Source of the DNA: Camelus ferus | Taxonomy: Eukaryota | DNA: 64,000 bases | Reading direction: 5' to 3' | Assembly (NCBI RefSeq): GCF_009834535.1 | Contig: NC_045697.1 | Span: 72,294,001 to 72,358,000, forward strand | In this document: positions 51,380 through 63,150 of the stretch, piece by piece | How the letters are laid out: each line of letters opens with the position of its first letter | How positions within the stretch are numbered: the stretch's first letter is position 1 | Notes under the pieces: model-generated | The model's database searches: none | Told to the model about the DNA's origin: nothing | The model's input: the letters and a program-made list of their open reading frames with translations, nothing else | Program-made: the position numbers and the translations under genes

Positions 51380-53300
51380 AGGCCTGAAAAATCAAGCTTA
51401 TATCATGTGATCCAACAGATCTGATAGTTCTGGAGATACCCTTGGAGGTATATGGCATTTATGGAAGAGCCACAATGTAGACCCTCGTATTCTGGAGCAA
51501 GGCTATGCATTTCACCACAGAGAGCTACTCTGTGTGAAGAATATGCCCCAGTGTACTGCTGGGTCTGGTAGGGACCAAACGTCTGACCGGCGTACAAGAA
51601 GTGACTGTGCAGCCTGAACTGAGGACTTTCACGTCAACCAAGCCGTAAAGTTGGGCAGGGGCAGCTCTTCCAGGGGCAGCTTTGTATGAGAAGTGTTACA
51701 TTCAGACTCAAGCAGAAGTTCAAGAAAATTACACGAATTGGTTGTCTAGCCCTCCATGTAATTTATCTCTTGCTGCACTGGTGACAATACTGATGACCTC
51801 ATGGGGAATTCCTTATGACAGAGGCCTGATTCATACGTGAGCTGGTGCAATATGTACTAGAACTGGCCATAAAAAACTGTTGCCACATTACAGCCCCACT
51901 TAGGAGCGGCCCTGAATGACATGGGTGAAGGGGAATCTTCCCAGCGCACAGACTTACGAGACATACATTTGACTTCTAACTTCAAGTCAAAGAAGAGGTG
52001 GCCCAAGGTACAGTTAAATATTGAATCAGGGCAGAGCCAAAAGTCTTGTTTGGTTGATCAGGGTCATAAAAGAAAGAAAACTGGAAGACGGGTCTGGGTA
52101 GATAATATACGGATGGACACTGTAGGAGTGGGCCCAAAAAATGCTGTTTCTTTGTATCCCACATTAATGCTCAGAACAGAACATGTGCAGACAAGGCTCT
52201 TGACAATCAAGAACACAGAAAGACAGTCCTGTGAATTTTAGCCACCCTTTCTATGCACCACTCCAGTACTTGACACGAGGCAAGGGAAGAGAGTGGCCAT
52301 GGTAGCAGGGATGAAGGCTATGCATAGACCCATAATCTTTGGGGCTTTCTCTCACCAAGGATGATCTCACTGCCTCTGCTGATTGCCCAACCACCCAGCA
52401 GTAGAGTCTAATGCTGAGCCCTAGATAAAGGTACCATTCCTTAGGAGGACCAGTCAGCCACCTTTTGGCACATTGTTTACATTGGACCCCCTTACTCCTT
52501 GGCTGGGGCATCAAATTGATTTACTGGAATCAATACAGATTCTGAATATGTTCTGCATTCCCTGACTGCAGCGTCTCCACTAGCACCATCTGAGAGTTTA
52601 CAGAATTCTTTACCTCTTAAAATGGTAACCCTATCACATTGCCTTAGAAAACAGACCCACCTGATGTAAAAGGAGATGTGAAGATAGGCTCATAAGTTTG
52701 AGAATCACTTATTTTACCAAGTTCTCTATCACAGGAGCAGCCAACCTGCCTCCCAAAACAAAACGAAACAGTGGAATGGCTGTGGACAGCTCAGCTTAAG
52801 GACAGCACCTTGTGAGGTTCGAGCACTTTCTTTAAGGATGTGCGGTATATGCACTGAACTATGGTCAATGTATAGTGCTGTCTCTCTCGAAACTAGAGTA
52901 CACAGGTATAAAAACCAGGGTATAGAAGTAGGAGTAGCCTTTCTCATCATTACTCTCAGTGACTCACTAATGGAATTTATGTTTCCGGTTCCAGGGTTGG
53001 GGAACGTTCCACCCATTTGGAAGTTATGACTAATGCTTTCGAGTCACTTTGGGTTTCATATTCTAGTGGACAAGCAGGTAAAGATTTAATGTACTGACTA
53101 GGGTAGTGGACTCTGATGACCAGGTGAAGCTAGAGTTGCTCTAATTCAATGAAAGCAGGGAGGATTGTGTTTGGAACCTACAGGGGTCAGTAAAATACCT
53201 CTTACTACTTCCATGCTCAGTGTTAACTCTCAGTGGGGAAATTACAGTAGCCATAATCCAAGAGACAAGACAACTCACCATGGCCAGATCCTCAGCACCT
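51380..53300 (+). mobile_element. ERVL internal fragment (RNase H/integrase), decayed
   Basis: ~52292-52560 translates across stops and frameshifts as SGHGSRDEGYA*..TKDDLTASADCPTTQQ*SLMLSPR..GTIP*EDQSATFWHIVYIGPLTPW, matching ERVL integrase (GTIPRGDQPATWWQVDYIGPLP); boundaries approximate. Confidence 0.78.
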
Positions 53301-53595
53301 CAGCACCCAGGCTTAAGCCAATCAGTCCCACAGTGATTCTGGCTTCTAGCATCACTTCTCATCTCAGATGAAACAGTATGCCACAGAACATGGGATCAGG
53401 TTTCCCCAGCAACTGCCCAAAGGTCTTCTGTCTCACTCCCTCTTTCCTACATTCTTACCATTCTGGGATTGTACCTCAACGAAAAAGAAAAAATTAGCCA
53501 TTAAGCTTTCTATCAGTCACTGTTTGCTAGGCAACTCAAGTCTATACATTAGGCTACTCAATTATTCTAGGGCTGTCCAATAAAAATTAGACACC

Positions 53596-53930
53596 CAGAG
53601 CAATTCAGTAGAAATATAATGTAAGACTCATAAGTAATTTTAAAATATCTAGTAGTCACATTTTAGAAAGTAAAAAGAAACAGGTGGAATTGATTTAATA
53701 ATACATTTTATTGAGATCAACATTTTCAAACTATTATCATTTTAAATGTTTTCACTATAAATATTGAGATATTTTATATCCTTTTTTCATACTAAGACTT
53801 CAAAATCTATCATAAATTTTATATAACAGCACATCTCAATTTGCATGCTAACTTTTAACCTGTATTCAATTTCATAAATTTTGCCCTTAAAAAAATTCAC
53901 ATACCCAATTTGTCCCAAAATATTGGGAGA
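53596..53930. mobile_element. MER3/MER33-like hAT MITE fragment
   Basis: agaaatataatgtaagactcataagtaattttaaaatatctagtagtcacatt...acagcacatctcaattt. Confidence 0.65.
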
Positions 53931-54039
53931 TAATTCTCTGATACTTTCAAGCATCTTGTGAGCAGAGACACTGGATTATTTCGTTCCAGACTATCTTTTA
54001 AAGGATGTTGGTATACCAAATAGCTTTGGAAAAACACCT

Positions 54040-54292
54040 ATCTTCTAACTCGTGTAGTTAGAAAATTATTTTTTCCTCCACCTTTTTGTTCTATTCAGGC
54101 CCTCAGTGGATTAGATGATGCAGATTCACATAAGAGGGACAATCTGATTTACTTAGTCTACAGATTCAAATGCTGATCCCTTTTGAAAAGACCTCACCAG
54201 CACACCCAGAATTAATGTTTATTAATAATGTTAATAATGTTATCTAGGCATCCTGTGGCCCAGTCAAGTTGACACAGAAAATTAATCGTCAC
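54040..54292 (-). mobile_element. MLT1E/MLT2-like LTR fragment
   Basis: Ends gcccagtcaagttgacacagaaaattaatcgtcaca, the reverse complement of a TGTGAYGRTTAATTTT LTR start. Confidence 0.7.
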
Positions 54293-54874
54293 AGTGCACA
54301 GTTCAGTGAGTTTTGGCAAACATATATTCTTGTGCAATCACACCCAAGTTAATACACAGAACATTTCACCCTAAAAATTTCCCTTGTGCCTCTCTCCAAT
54401 CAAACTCCTCCCCTTCTAGGTAACCACTGTTCTGACTTCCAGCATTATAGTTTAATTTTGTCTCTTCTTGGATGCTGTGCAAATAGAATCACACACTATA
54501 GTCTTTTTATTTCTTTTGCTCAGCACAATGGTTTTCAAATTTATCCATGTCATTCATCCTTATTCTTAAAAGATATTTTCCTTGGCATAGAATTCTAGGG
54601 TGATAGCAATTTCTTCTCAGTATATTGAAGTTAATATTCCACTGTCTTCTGTTTCCCTTTCGTTGTTGAGAAATGTTTCATTTTTGCTCTTCAGACCATC
54701 TGCCTATTATTTTTGTGCAGGTAATCTACTTTATTTACAGGAGAAATGGCAGCTCTGTGTGGACCCCTAGATTATAGGTGGGCTGCACACAGGCTCTTCA
54801 GGGGTGTAGCCCTCTAGACCACAAGAAGCTGTGTGCAAGCCATGTAGAACTTTATGCTAGTACCATACTGTTTT

Positions 54875-54954
54875 TGTTTGTTTTTATTTTTTAATTGAGG
54901 TATAGTTGATTTATAATATTGTGTTAGTTTCCAGTATACAGCATAGTGATTCAG

Positions 54955-54988
<34 letters not shown>

Positions 54989-56303
54989 TTCATATTCTTT
55001 TTCATTATAGGTTATAGCAAGATACTGAATATAGTTCCCTGTCCTATATGGTATGACCTTGTTGTTTATCTATTTTATATATAGTAGTATCTGCAAAACC
55101 CAAACTCCCAATTTATCCCTTCTCACCCTACTTCCCTCATGGTAACCATAAGTTTGTTTTTCTATATCTGTGAGTCTATTTCTGGTTTGAAGATAAGTTC
55201 ATTTGTGTCACTTTTTTTAGATTCCACATATAAGCGATAGCGTGATATTTATCCTTTCTCTGTCTGACTTCACTTAATATGATCATCTCTAGATCCATCC
55301 ATGTTGCTGCAAATGGCATTATTTCATTCTTTTCTATGGCTGAGTAGTATTCCTTTGTGTATATATATATATATACCACACTTCTTTATCCTGTCATCTG
55401 TTGATGGGCATTTAGTTTGCTTCCATGTCTTGACAATTAAAATAATGATGCTATGATCATTGGGCTGCATGTATCTTTTTGAATTAGTTTCCTCTGGGTA
55501 TATGCCCAGGAGTGGGAGTGGGGGATCATAGGGTAAGTCTATTTTTAGTATTTTAAGGAATCTCCATACTGTTTTCCATAGTGGCTACACCAAACTACAT
55601 TCCCATCAACAGTGTAGGAGAGTTTTCTTTTCTCTACATCCTCTCTAGCATTTATTATTTGTGGACTTTTTAATGATGGCCATTCTGAATAGCATGAGGT
55701 GATACCTCACTGTAGTTTTGATTTGCATTTCTCTGATAATTAGTGTTACTGAGCATTTTTTCATGTGCCTATTGGCCATTTATATGTCTTCATTGGGGAA
55801 ATGTTTTCTTAGGTCTTCCACCCATTTTTTTTGATTGGGTTGGTTTTTGTTATTGAGTTATGTAAGCTGTTTGTATATTCTGGAAATTAATCCCTTGTCA
55901 TTTTCATTGTTTGCAAATATTTTCTCCCATTCTGTAGGTTGTCTCTTTTGCCCCAAGTTTCCTTTGCTGTGCAAAAGCTTGTAAGTTTAATTAGGTTCCA
56001 TTTGTTTATTTTTTCTTTTGTTTCTATTGCCTTAGTAGGCTGACATAAGAGAACGTTGCTACAATTTATATCAGAGAATATTTTTGCCTATGTTCTCTTC
56101 TAGGAGGTATACAGTGTATTGTGTTATGTTTTAAGTCTTTAAGACGTTTTGAGTTTATTTTTGTGTCTGGTGTGAGAGAGTGTTTTAACTTCATTGATTT
56201 ATATGCAGCTGTCCAGCTTTCCTAACACCATTTGCTGAAGAGGCTGCCTTTTCTCCATTGTACGTCCTTGCCTCCTTTGTCGAAGATTGACTGACTGTAG
56301 GTG
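54875..56303 (-). mobile_element. Young 5'-truncated L1 (~1.4 kb) with 16-bp TSD
   Basis: Poly-T tail at ~54875-54892; cetartiodactyl L1 3' UTR and ORF2 end; TSD agtaccatactgtttt at 54859-54874 and 56304-56319. Confidence 0.88.
54957..54986. repeat. (CA)n microsatellite
   Basis: acacacac run inside the L1 3' UTR. Confidence 0.9.
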
Positions 56304-56865
56304 AGTACCATACTGTTTTGATTACTGTAGCTTTGTAGTAAATTTGGAAATCAGGAAGTATGAGTCCTCTTTGTTCTTTTTCAAGATTGTTTGGCTGTTC
56401 GTGCTCCTTTGCAATTCCATATGAATTTTTAAAGCTTCCATTTCTGTAAAAACAATCATTGGGATTTTGATAGGGATTGCATTGAATCTAGATTGCTTTG
56501 GGGATCATTGCCATCTTAACAATAATAAATCTACACCATGAACACAGGATGTCTTTGCATTTACTTACGACTTCTTTCTTCAGAAATATTTTGTAGTTTT
56601 CAATATACAAGTTTTGCCATCTCCTCAGTTAAATTTATTTGTAAGTATTTCATTCTTTTTGATACTTTTATAAATGAAATTTTCTTAATTTCATTTTGGA
56701 ATTAATTGCTACTTATATCAAAACAACTTGATTCTTGTGATTTTTGTGTCCTGCAACTTTGCTGAATTATCTTTAATAATTTATATTATTCTTCTTTAAG
56801 ATTTTCTATATCATGTCATCTGCAAATATAGTTTTACTTCTTCCTTTCCTATTTGGATGACCTGA
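56304..56865 (-). mobile_element. Older L1 ORF2 fragment (host of the young L1)
   Basis: ttactgtagctttgtagtaaattt...gggattttgatagggattgcattgaatct...tcatgtcatctgcaaatatagttttacttcttcctttcc. Confidence 0.8.
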
Positions 56866-57634
56866 TGTTTTTAATATCTGAAATTTTTGTAAGTCAATTC
56901 CTATTCATGGTACTATGTTCCTTTGTACTTCTTTCTTTCTGATTTTTAACTGTGAGCTATTATTCAGTTCCTGCAGAGTATTTATTTGTTTCCACCAGCA
57001 ACAGATTACTCTGATTTGGAACAACTTTAAAAATTAAATCTTCTGCTTGGGTTTTCTCAGAGGTGTAGTAAGATTTAGGGCTGCAAATCCTCAAAAAGGC
57101 CAAATTATTATTACATATTCTGAGAGACTATTCTCCTGCCACAGAGCATCAAGATTCAAGATATGCAAACTCCTCATTCTGTGTATTAGGGATGGGTTTA
57201 TCCTATTTGACACCACTCTTTGGATGCATTCTGGACTTTGCCAGTGAAAATCAAAGTATGTTTCATTTGGTTCTTCAAGTGCTTCAAGATGAAAGCTGGT
57301 TTCTGGTTATAGTCTCCTTTCTTTTTAGGTTTATGGTTTCAATTTGGTTCTGGCTTGAGACTACTGTTTTCTTTCTTGATAGATAAATAACACATTTTTT
57401 AAAAAGTGTTTTTCCCCCCAGCATGTTTAGTTGCTTTTTCACAGGAATTGGACAGTGGCATCACCTACATTTGATAGAAACTGAAATGTCCGACCACTCA
57501 CTGAGGTGGTACTTTATAGTAGTCAGAATCACGAAGGCTCCATTAATTATTTTTCTATTGTATATTGGAATTTTTAGGTTTTGTACTTTTGTAGTTAAAG
57601 TAAGGAATACTTTTGACAAATCCTACCTACCATT

Positions 57635-58375
57635 CAGCTCATAGTCATCTATTAAATATCAGATCACCTAACAATGTGCCAGGTGGTCGGTCATCTAGTC
57701 ATTAAGGAATGTAGAACAAAACAGACAAAAATCCTTGTTCATATAGAGCTTACATTCTGGGGTGAGGTTGCAGAGGTAATAAATATTACAGTATTACTGA
57801 ATATGCCATTGTATACTTTATGATGGCAGCACTGCGTCGATATTTTATATAGAATAGTTGAGAAAAACCTCAATCAGAGACCTAACAATTAGGGAAGGAG
57901 CCGTATTGTACCTGGAATAAGCTAATCTAGGTAAAGGGAAGAGCAAGGGTAAACATCTGAAGGTAAGAAAAAGCCCATTGCGTTCGTCTCAGCAGAGGCA
58001 TGTGTGACTGAGCTGTGGAAGCTGGTGGGGGCAAACAAGTGATTATGAAGTACAGGTGGTAGGAAGTCATTCCAGCCTAAAACTTCTTTTAGAATTTTGG
58101 CTTTTGCTCTGAATAAGAGGAGAACCCTTAGGCTTGGAGCAAAGTGAATTCCTGTTTAATTTGGAAGTGGGGTGTGAGAAATCAAGATTGATGCCTAGGT
58201 TTTGGGCCAGTGCAACTGAAAGAATGTTTACATTTACTGAGGCCAAGATGAGGTAGGGGTATGTGTGTCTGTGTGTACAAATCAAGGCAGTCATCCTTTA
58301 GGTAGCCAGGTGGATAACAGGAAGCTACACAAGAGTTCAGAAGAGATGGCTGGTAGTTCAGCATATGACAGTTAT
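57635..58375 (-). mobile_element. L2 LINE fragment
   Basis: caatgtgccagg...aacaaaacagacaaaaatccttgttcatatagagcttacattctgg...aatcaagattgatgcctaggttttgggcc. Confidence 0.65.
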
Positions 58376-59449
58376 TAACTGTTCCCAAGCAGCTAGAGCA
58401 TCGAAGTACTCCACTGTTTGGTCTTACTTGGTAATATCCAAATTTGATATGGTAAACAAGGAATCAGTTACAGAGGCTCAGAAAATAGTATGTGTGAAAA
58501 GTAGTTATTTCATACAATCAGAAAATGATACAATACAGAAAAAAAAAAAGGCAGCTCTTAAAGTTTTTTAAAATACATTTCATCCAGAAAGTATACAACT
58601 TGGGAAGATAAATGACAGCAGTTTGTTAATTAAAACACATTCCACGTAAAAAAGCAACTATCAGGAACACTGTGTACCAGAGTTAACCATAAAAAAAATC
58701 CTTCAAAATGAGGCAAAGAAAGGAACTAGTAGTTAACAGGGTAGCAGGAAAGAATGCAAAATAGTGGTTGTTAAGGACCTGAAGAAAACAAAACATCCAG
58801 CTGATTTCAGACTTCCTAGCTTTCCCTAGTATTTTTTAACCTTTTAATATAGTTCCTCCATAGCACTTTTTTTTGGGGGGGGGGGTGTTTAAATCCTGAT
58901 CCAAATACCTTTGTCACTTTTCCATTACACCGCGAGAGTAGATGGTTTTAATAGCTACCTTAGGGTATACTTAGTATCTGTTAAATTCAGCGGAGACCAC
59001 AAACACCCTGAACTGGTCATCTTACCTTTTCAACACTGTCCCCCCAAAAAGTTGCTTTGGCCACTGAATGAGACCAGGGCTCAGATCCTTGTTCAGCTAT
59101 GTAGCCAACATTTAGCAGTGAACTCTTGTACCTGGTTACTTTTTAACTACTACTCAGCTATTGGTTGAATTACATATACTCAAAAAATTTTTTATTAATT
59201 ATAAATTTCAACGTTCCTGGGTTAGATTGTTACTCAAATTAGTACACTGTAGGAATGTTAATGTACCTTAAGTAAACATGTAAATCAACCTACAGTATAA
59301 TTCAAAGTACTATGAATTTGTCAGATGCTAGAAATCTAATACATGGGTATACAATGTAACAAGTTCTCTTACAGTCATGAAACATCAAGATAATCATAGG
59401 GTCAAAAGATTACTGCTTAAGTCTGTTACAAGGGAGAGCTAGAACAGAC

Positions 59450-59633
59450 TTTGGAATCACCTGGGTGGCTTTCTGAATAGGCCGCGGGGTGTCATCCCAT
59501 AGTTTCTCAATCAGTAGGCCTAGAGTAGGGTCTGATGATTTTCATTTTTAAGAACTTCCCAAATGATGATATTGCTGGTCTTGGGGCTGGGGGTGGGGTG
59601 GGGTGGGGTGGTGTCACATTTTGAGAATCACCA
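59450..59633. mobile_element. MER5A-like hAT MITE
   Basis: ggaatcacctggg...tcagtaggcctagagtaggg...ttcccaaatgatgatattgctggtc...cacattttgagaatcacca. Confidence 0.65.
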
Positions 59634-59759
59634 TCCTAAATTCTTTATAGACCATAGCTTTTGTTATGACTGCTATTAAGTTCAAAATAGAACTCACACA
59701 TGGCATTAGGTTAAAGTGTGGATTTCATGTCAGCTGGAATTACTGAGTAAGACCAGAGT

Positions 59760-62700
59760 GTCTTTAAACACAGACTTTAATGGTAACAATTAAGCTCAAT
59801 TAACCTTAGCTATTACAAGTGTTATGCAGATGTCACTATTAGACAATATTTAGTGACTTGCACTGGGTTCCTCATAAAATAGACAAATTCACTTAAAAGT
59901 GTATTCAACAGTCATTTAACAGTTTTGTTATGCCAACATAAAACATGGCTAATTTGAGTCACTTTCAAAATCACTAACACAACATGATCAGCATCTGAAG
60001 CATGTCAAGCCATTAAAAAAAAAAAGTGAGTGTTTCACTACCCCTGAGACCACTAGTTAACTGTGGTTCATACTTTAAAAATATTGTGAGTACACCCACA
60101 CAACAAAGCGAACTAGTAAGTTGTTTTTACTTTTAAATCTGATTATCACATTGCAAACCTGCCCAGAAAAAAAAGGAGTCACTTTAAATATAATCTACCA
60201 TTAACTGGTCAACTGGACTATTATTCTTATAGTTGAAGAGCAACTTAAGCACTCAAAATCTGAGTAATGCATTGAAAAATAAAGGGAACAAGAGAAGCCA
60301 AAATCAATTTTTAACTTGCGAATATTCACTTCAGTCCTATATATGGCACTAGTAATGTAAGTGTGAGGGGGACAAATTCTTGGATTCTTTTGAAAGTTTC
60401 AATTGGAGATAATCTGAAGTCCAGTGTCTATACATTCAAAAATGTTGGTTTTCCAGGTACTTTATCGTTCTCTTAAACCTGGAGAAGCCTTTATGGCTTA
60501 TTCCCTTAGAAGTGACGTAAGAAACGTAGAAAGCATCAAGTCGAAGATACAGAGAACTGGACACATCTACTAATCATATAATAGTTTTAAGAAGTAATCT
60601 CTATAAATACTTATGTGTTGTCTATGGCTAAAAAGATCAACTTGAAAGCCAATCAAAAATCCAGCAGCTCTGACAAGTGTGTTTTACTCATGGTTGGCTT
60701 TCAAGAAATGATGTCTACTAAAGCTGTTATTTTGAGAGAATACAGGAGTCTCAGAATTATTCTAAAAATAGTCACAACAGTTTCTTACCTTGCGGAGAAG
60801 TATGTTACTAATTTCTCATTTGTAGTCTGAATCCAACAGTTTTAGCAGTATGACATCTACCCTTGAGTTATTTTTAAAGCAAGAGATGAAAAATTCACTC
60901 ATTGGAAAATTGTATAACTGGGTTAATATTTCTTAATGAAATGCTTATTACAGAATTAACAAAGCCAAAACATCTTTGGAAGGCATGCATTTCACTTTCA
61001 GTTCAGAGAAGAACCTTATGTCAATAAATCATGTCCAGACTACATATTAAAATGTTTATAAAAATCAAGCTTTAACATTTATTTTATATCTAGCTTTCCA
61101 CATCTGTGTGCAGACAAGGAATAAGATTGCACATTAAGTGTAAGCAGTGCAAAAATGTGGAAGTGGAGGAAGTCACAGATGTGCTAGAAATCGAATATAT
61201 AGGACTGTTAAGAAAGAAATGGACAAATCAAAATAATTAGGAAAAAAGTAGTAAAACTATAGGGTCAGAATAAGGAAAGGTGAAGAATGATAATGCCCTT
61301 GTTACTACAGAAGTTAAATAAGTGGCACAGATAGCACTTGTCAAACAAAAAATAATCCAATAGCATTGACTTTTATTCATTCATGTTAAGTCACCTGAAA
61401 TGGTATCTGTTGCATTTAAATGCTCATTAATGTAAATGGCTGAACAAATCCATTTCAATGGATACTCAATCCTTAAAAAAAAAAAAACCTCAATATCCCA
61501 CATAGTTAAGTCACTTCAACACAGCCTCATGACAACTCCCACACCAAAACAGTACTTTATTTTGTAAATTTTGACCCATTATTACTCCCATGTTATGGTC
61601 TTTTCAGCTGTCAAGTGTACAAGGTGAAGAAAAATTTAAGATGGGGGTTTCACCTGGAAAATAAATTTCTTAAACTCGATATACACGTTTCAAAACTGCT
61701 GGGTCCCAAGTCCACCTATGAACTCCAGGGCTGCCAGTATCATGTGCAGCATACTAAAGCTACACTATCTGAATAGCTTATTAATTCTGCATAAATCAGG
61801 TCAATCAATGTGTCAACCTGTAACAGACTGCGCACTTTTAACTGAACATGGCAAAATATTCACTCTTTTGAACTTTACATCATCATTTGATGTCAAACAA
61901 TGAAGCAAATCCCAACAGTATATACAAAAACAGCTTTGCATTTACAAAAGATTGTTTCCCATACTGATTAATCCAGGCAGCTAACTCATTGGTTTATGCA
62001 ACTTTATTGAAGAAAAATAAATCAATTCCTAGCAGAGCTATTAGTTGATCACTCATCCATTGACAACTTGCATCATTTATTCAGTGCTATATTAAACAGT
62101 GTATTGGAAGATAGATTAACTAATAGCTCCAAGCCTCCTAACAATTTAAATGAAAATTACAAAATGTTTGAGACCCTATTTTGGAATACAAAGGGTGTTT
62201 GACTTCCAATTTCCATTCTCTGTAGAACAAGAACAGGTCATTCCTTTATTGACATGCATAAAATACATCACATTTTCTGTTCTGCTGATGCTATAAATTC
62301 AATACCAATTCTCCAGCCACATCAGTTATGAGCATAAAGTATATCATGTAACCTCAAATCTCTAACAGTGGAAGGCTTAAACAAGAATGGATGCTGCTAG
62401 AATAATGCTGCTTCCTTTGATGTGACAACTGAGCATCCATCTCCCTCCCCCTCAGATGATTCTTCAGCATGTTAGAGCAGTGAGGAATGGTTTTAGTCTC
62501 ATAACCAAGTTAGAGTGAAGATATTGGCCACATAATACACATGCTCCATTTTTTTAAAAAATTCTGAATCTTGGGCAACTGTTCTCTTGTAACTACTTTA
62601 CAGTTTCTAAAAGCAGTTATTGTCCAAAGCTGGAAGAACTTAAGTCTTCTCAGATGAGCATGTGAATGAATGGAGGGAGGTAAACAAAAAATAAAATTAA

Positions 62701-62809
62701 AAAAGATGAGGTCTGATAGGGGAGCAGCCGGATAAGAAAATCAAAAAAGGAACAGTAATTTAAAGTTTATTCCAGCTATAATGCAGGTTATTCTGACTTT
62801 AAGGTAGCA
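59760..62809 (-). other. UBE2D3: UBE2D3 3' UTR (distal end uncertain)
   Basis: About 3 kb of AT-rich sequence after the stop codon with no recognisable repeat; seven AATAAA hexamers and a distal ATTAAA (59776-59781) on the minus strand. Confidence 0.65.
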
Positions 62810-62855
62810 TCACATGGCATACTTCTGAGTCCATTCCCGAGATATTCTGTTGTAC
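62810..62855 (-). CDS. UBE2D3: UBE2D3 terminal coding exon (ubiquitin-conjugating enzyme E2 D3 C-terminus)
   Basis: Polypyrimidine tract plus cag|GTACAACAGAATATCTCGGGAATGGACTCAGAAGTATGCCATGTGA = (K)YNRISREWTQKYAM*; ISREW distinguishes D3 from D1/D2; UBE2D3-MANBA is a known synteny. Confidence 0.95.
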
Positions 62856-63106
62856 CTGTAAATAAAAAAGAAATTATTTCAAAAGTTAAATAGTTCTCAA
62901 TATATAAAGGGAAGGAAAGAATTTTTACCTTTAGACTCCTCTTGGAATCATCTTTAATGGCTGTGATTAGAATAAAGCCAACAAGGAAGAAAAAGCACTG
63001 GTACTCAAAGCAATGTAGGAAATGAGAAACTTAAGCTTCAATGTTCTAATACACAGAAAGTAGTGTTTTAATAAACACAACAGAATGGCACTGAGATTGG
63101 GGATGC

Positions 63107-63111
63107 TAAAA

Positions 63112-63150
<39 letters not shown>
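63107..63150. repeat. Poly-A plus (TA)n microsatellite in the last UBE2D3 intron
   Basis: aaaaaaaaaaaaatatatatatatatatatatatatata. Confidence 0.9.

Noticed and set aside
59583..59611. G-quadruplex-like (GGGGT)n
   Set aside because: A short simple-repeat expansion inside a MER5A-like element, with no supporting context.
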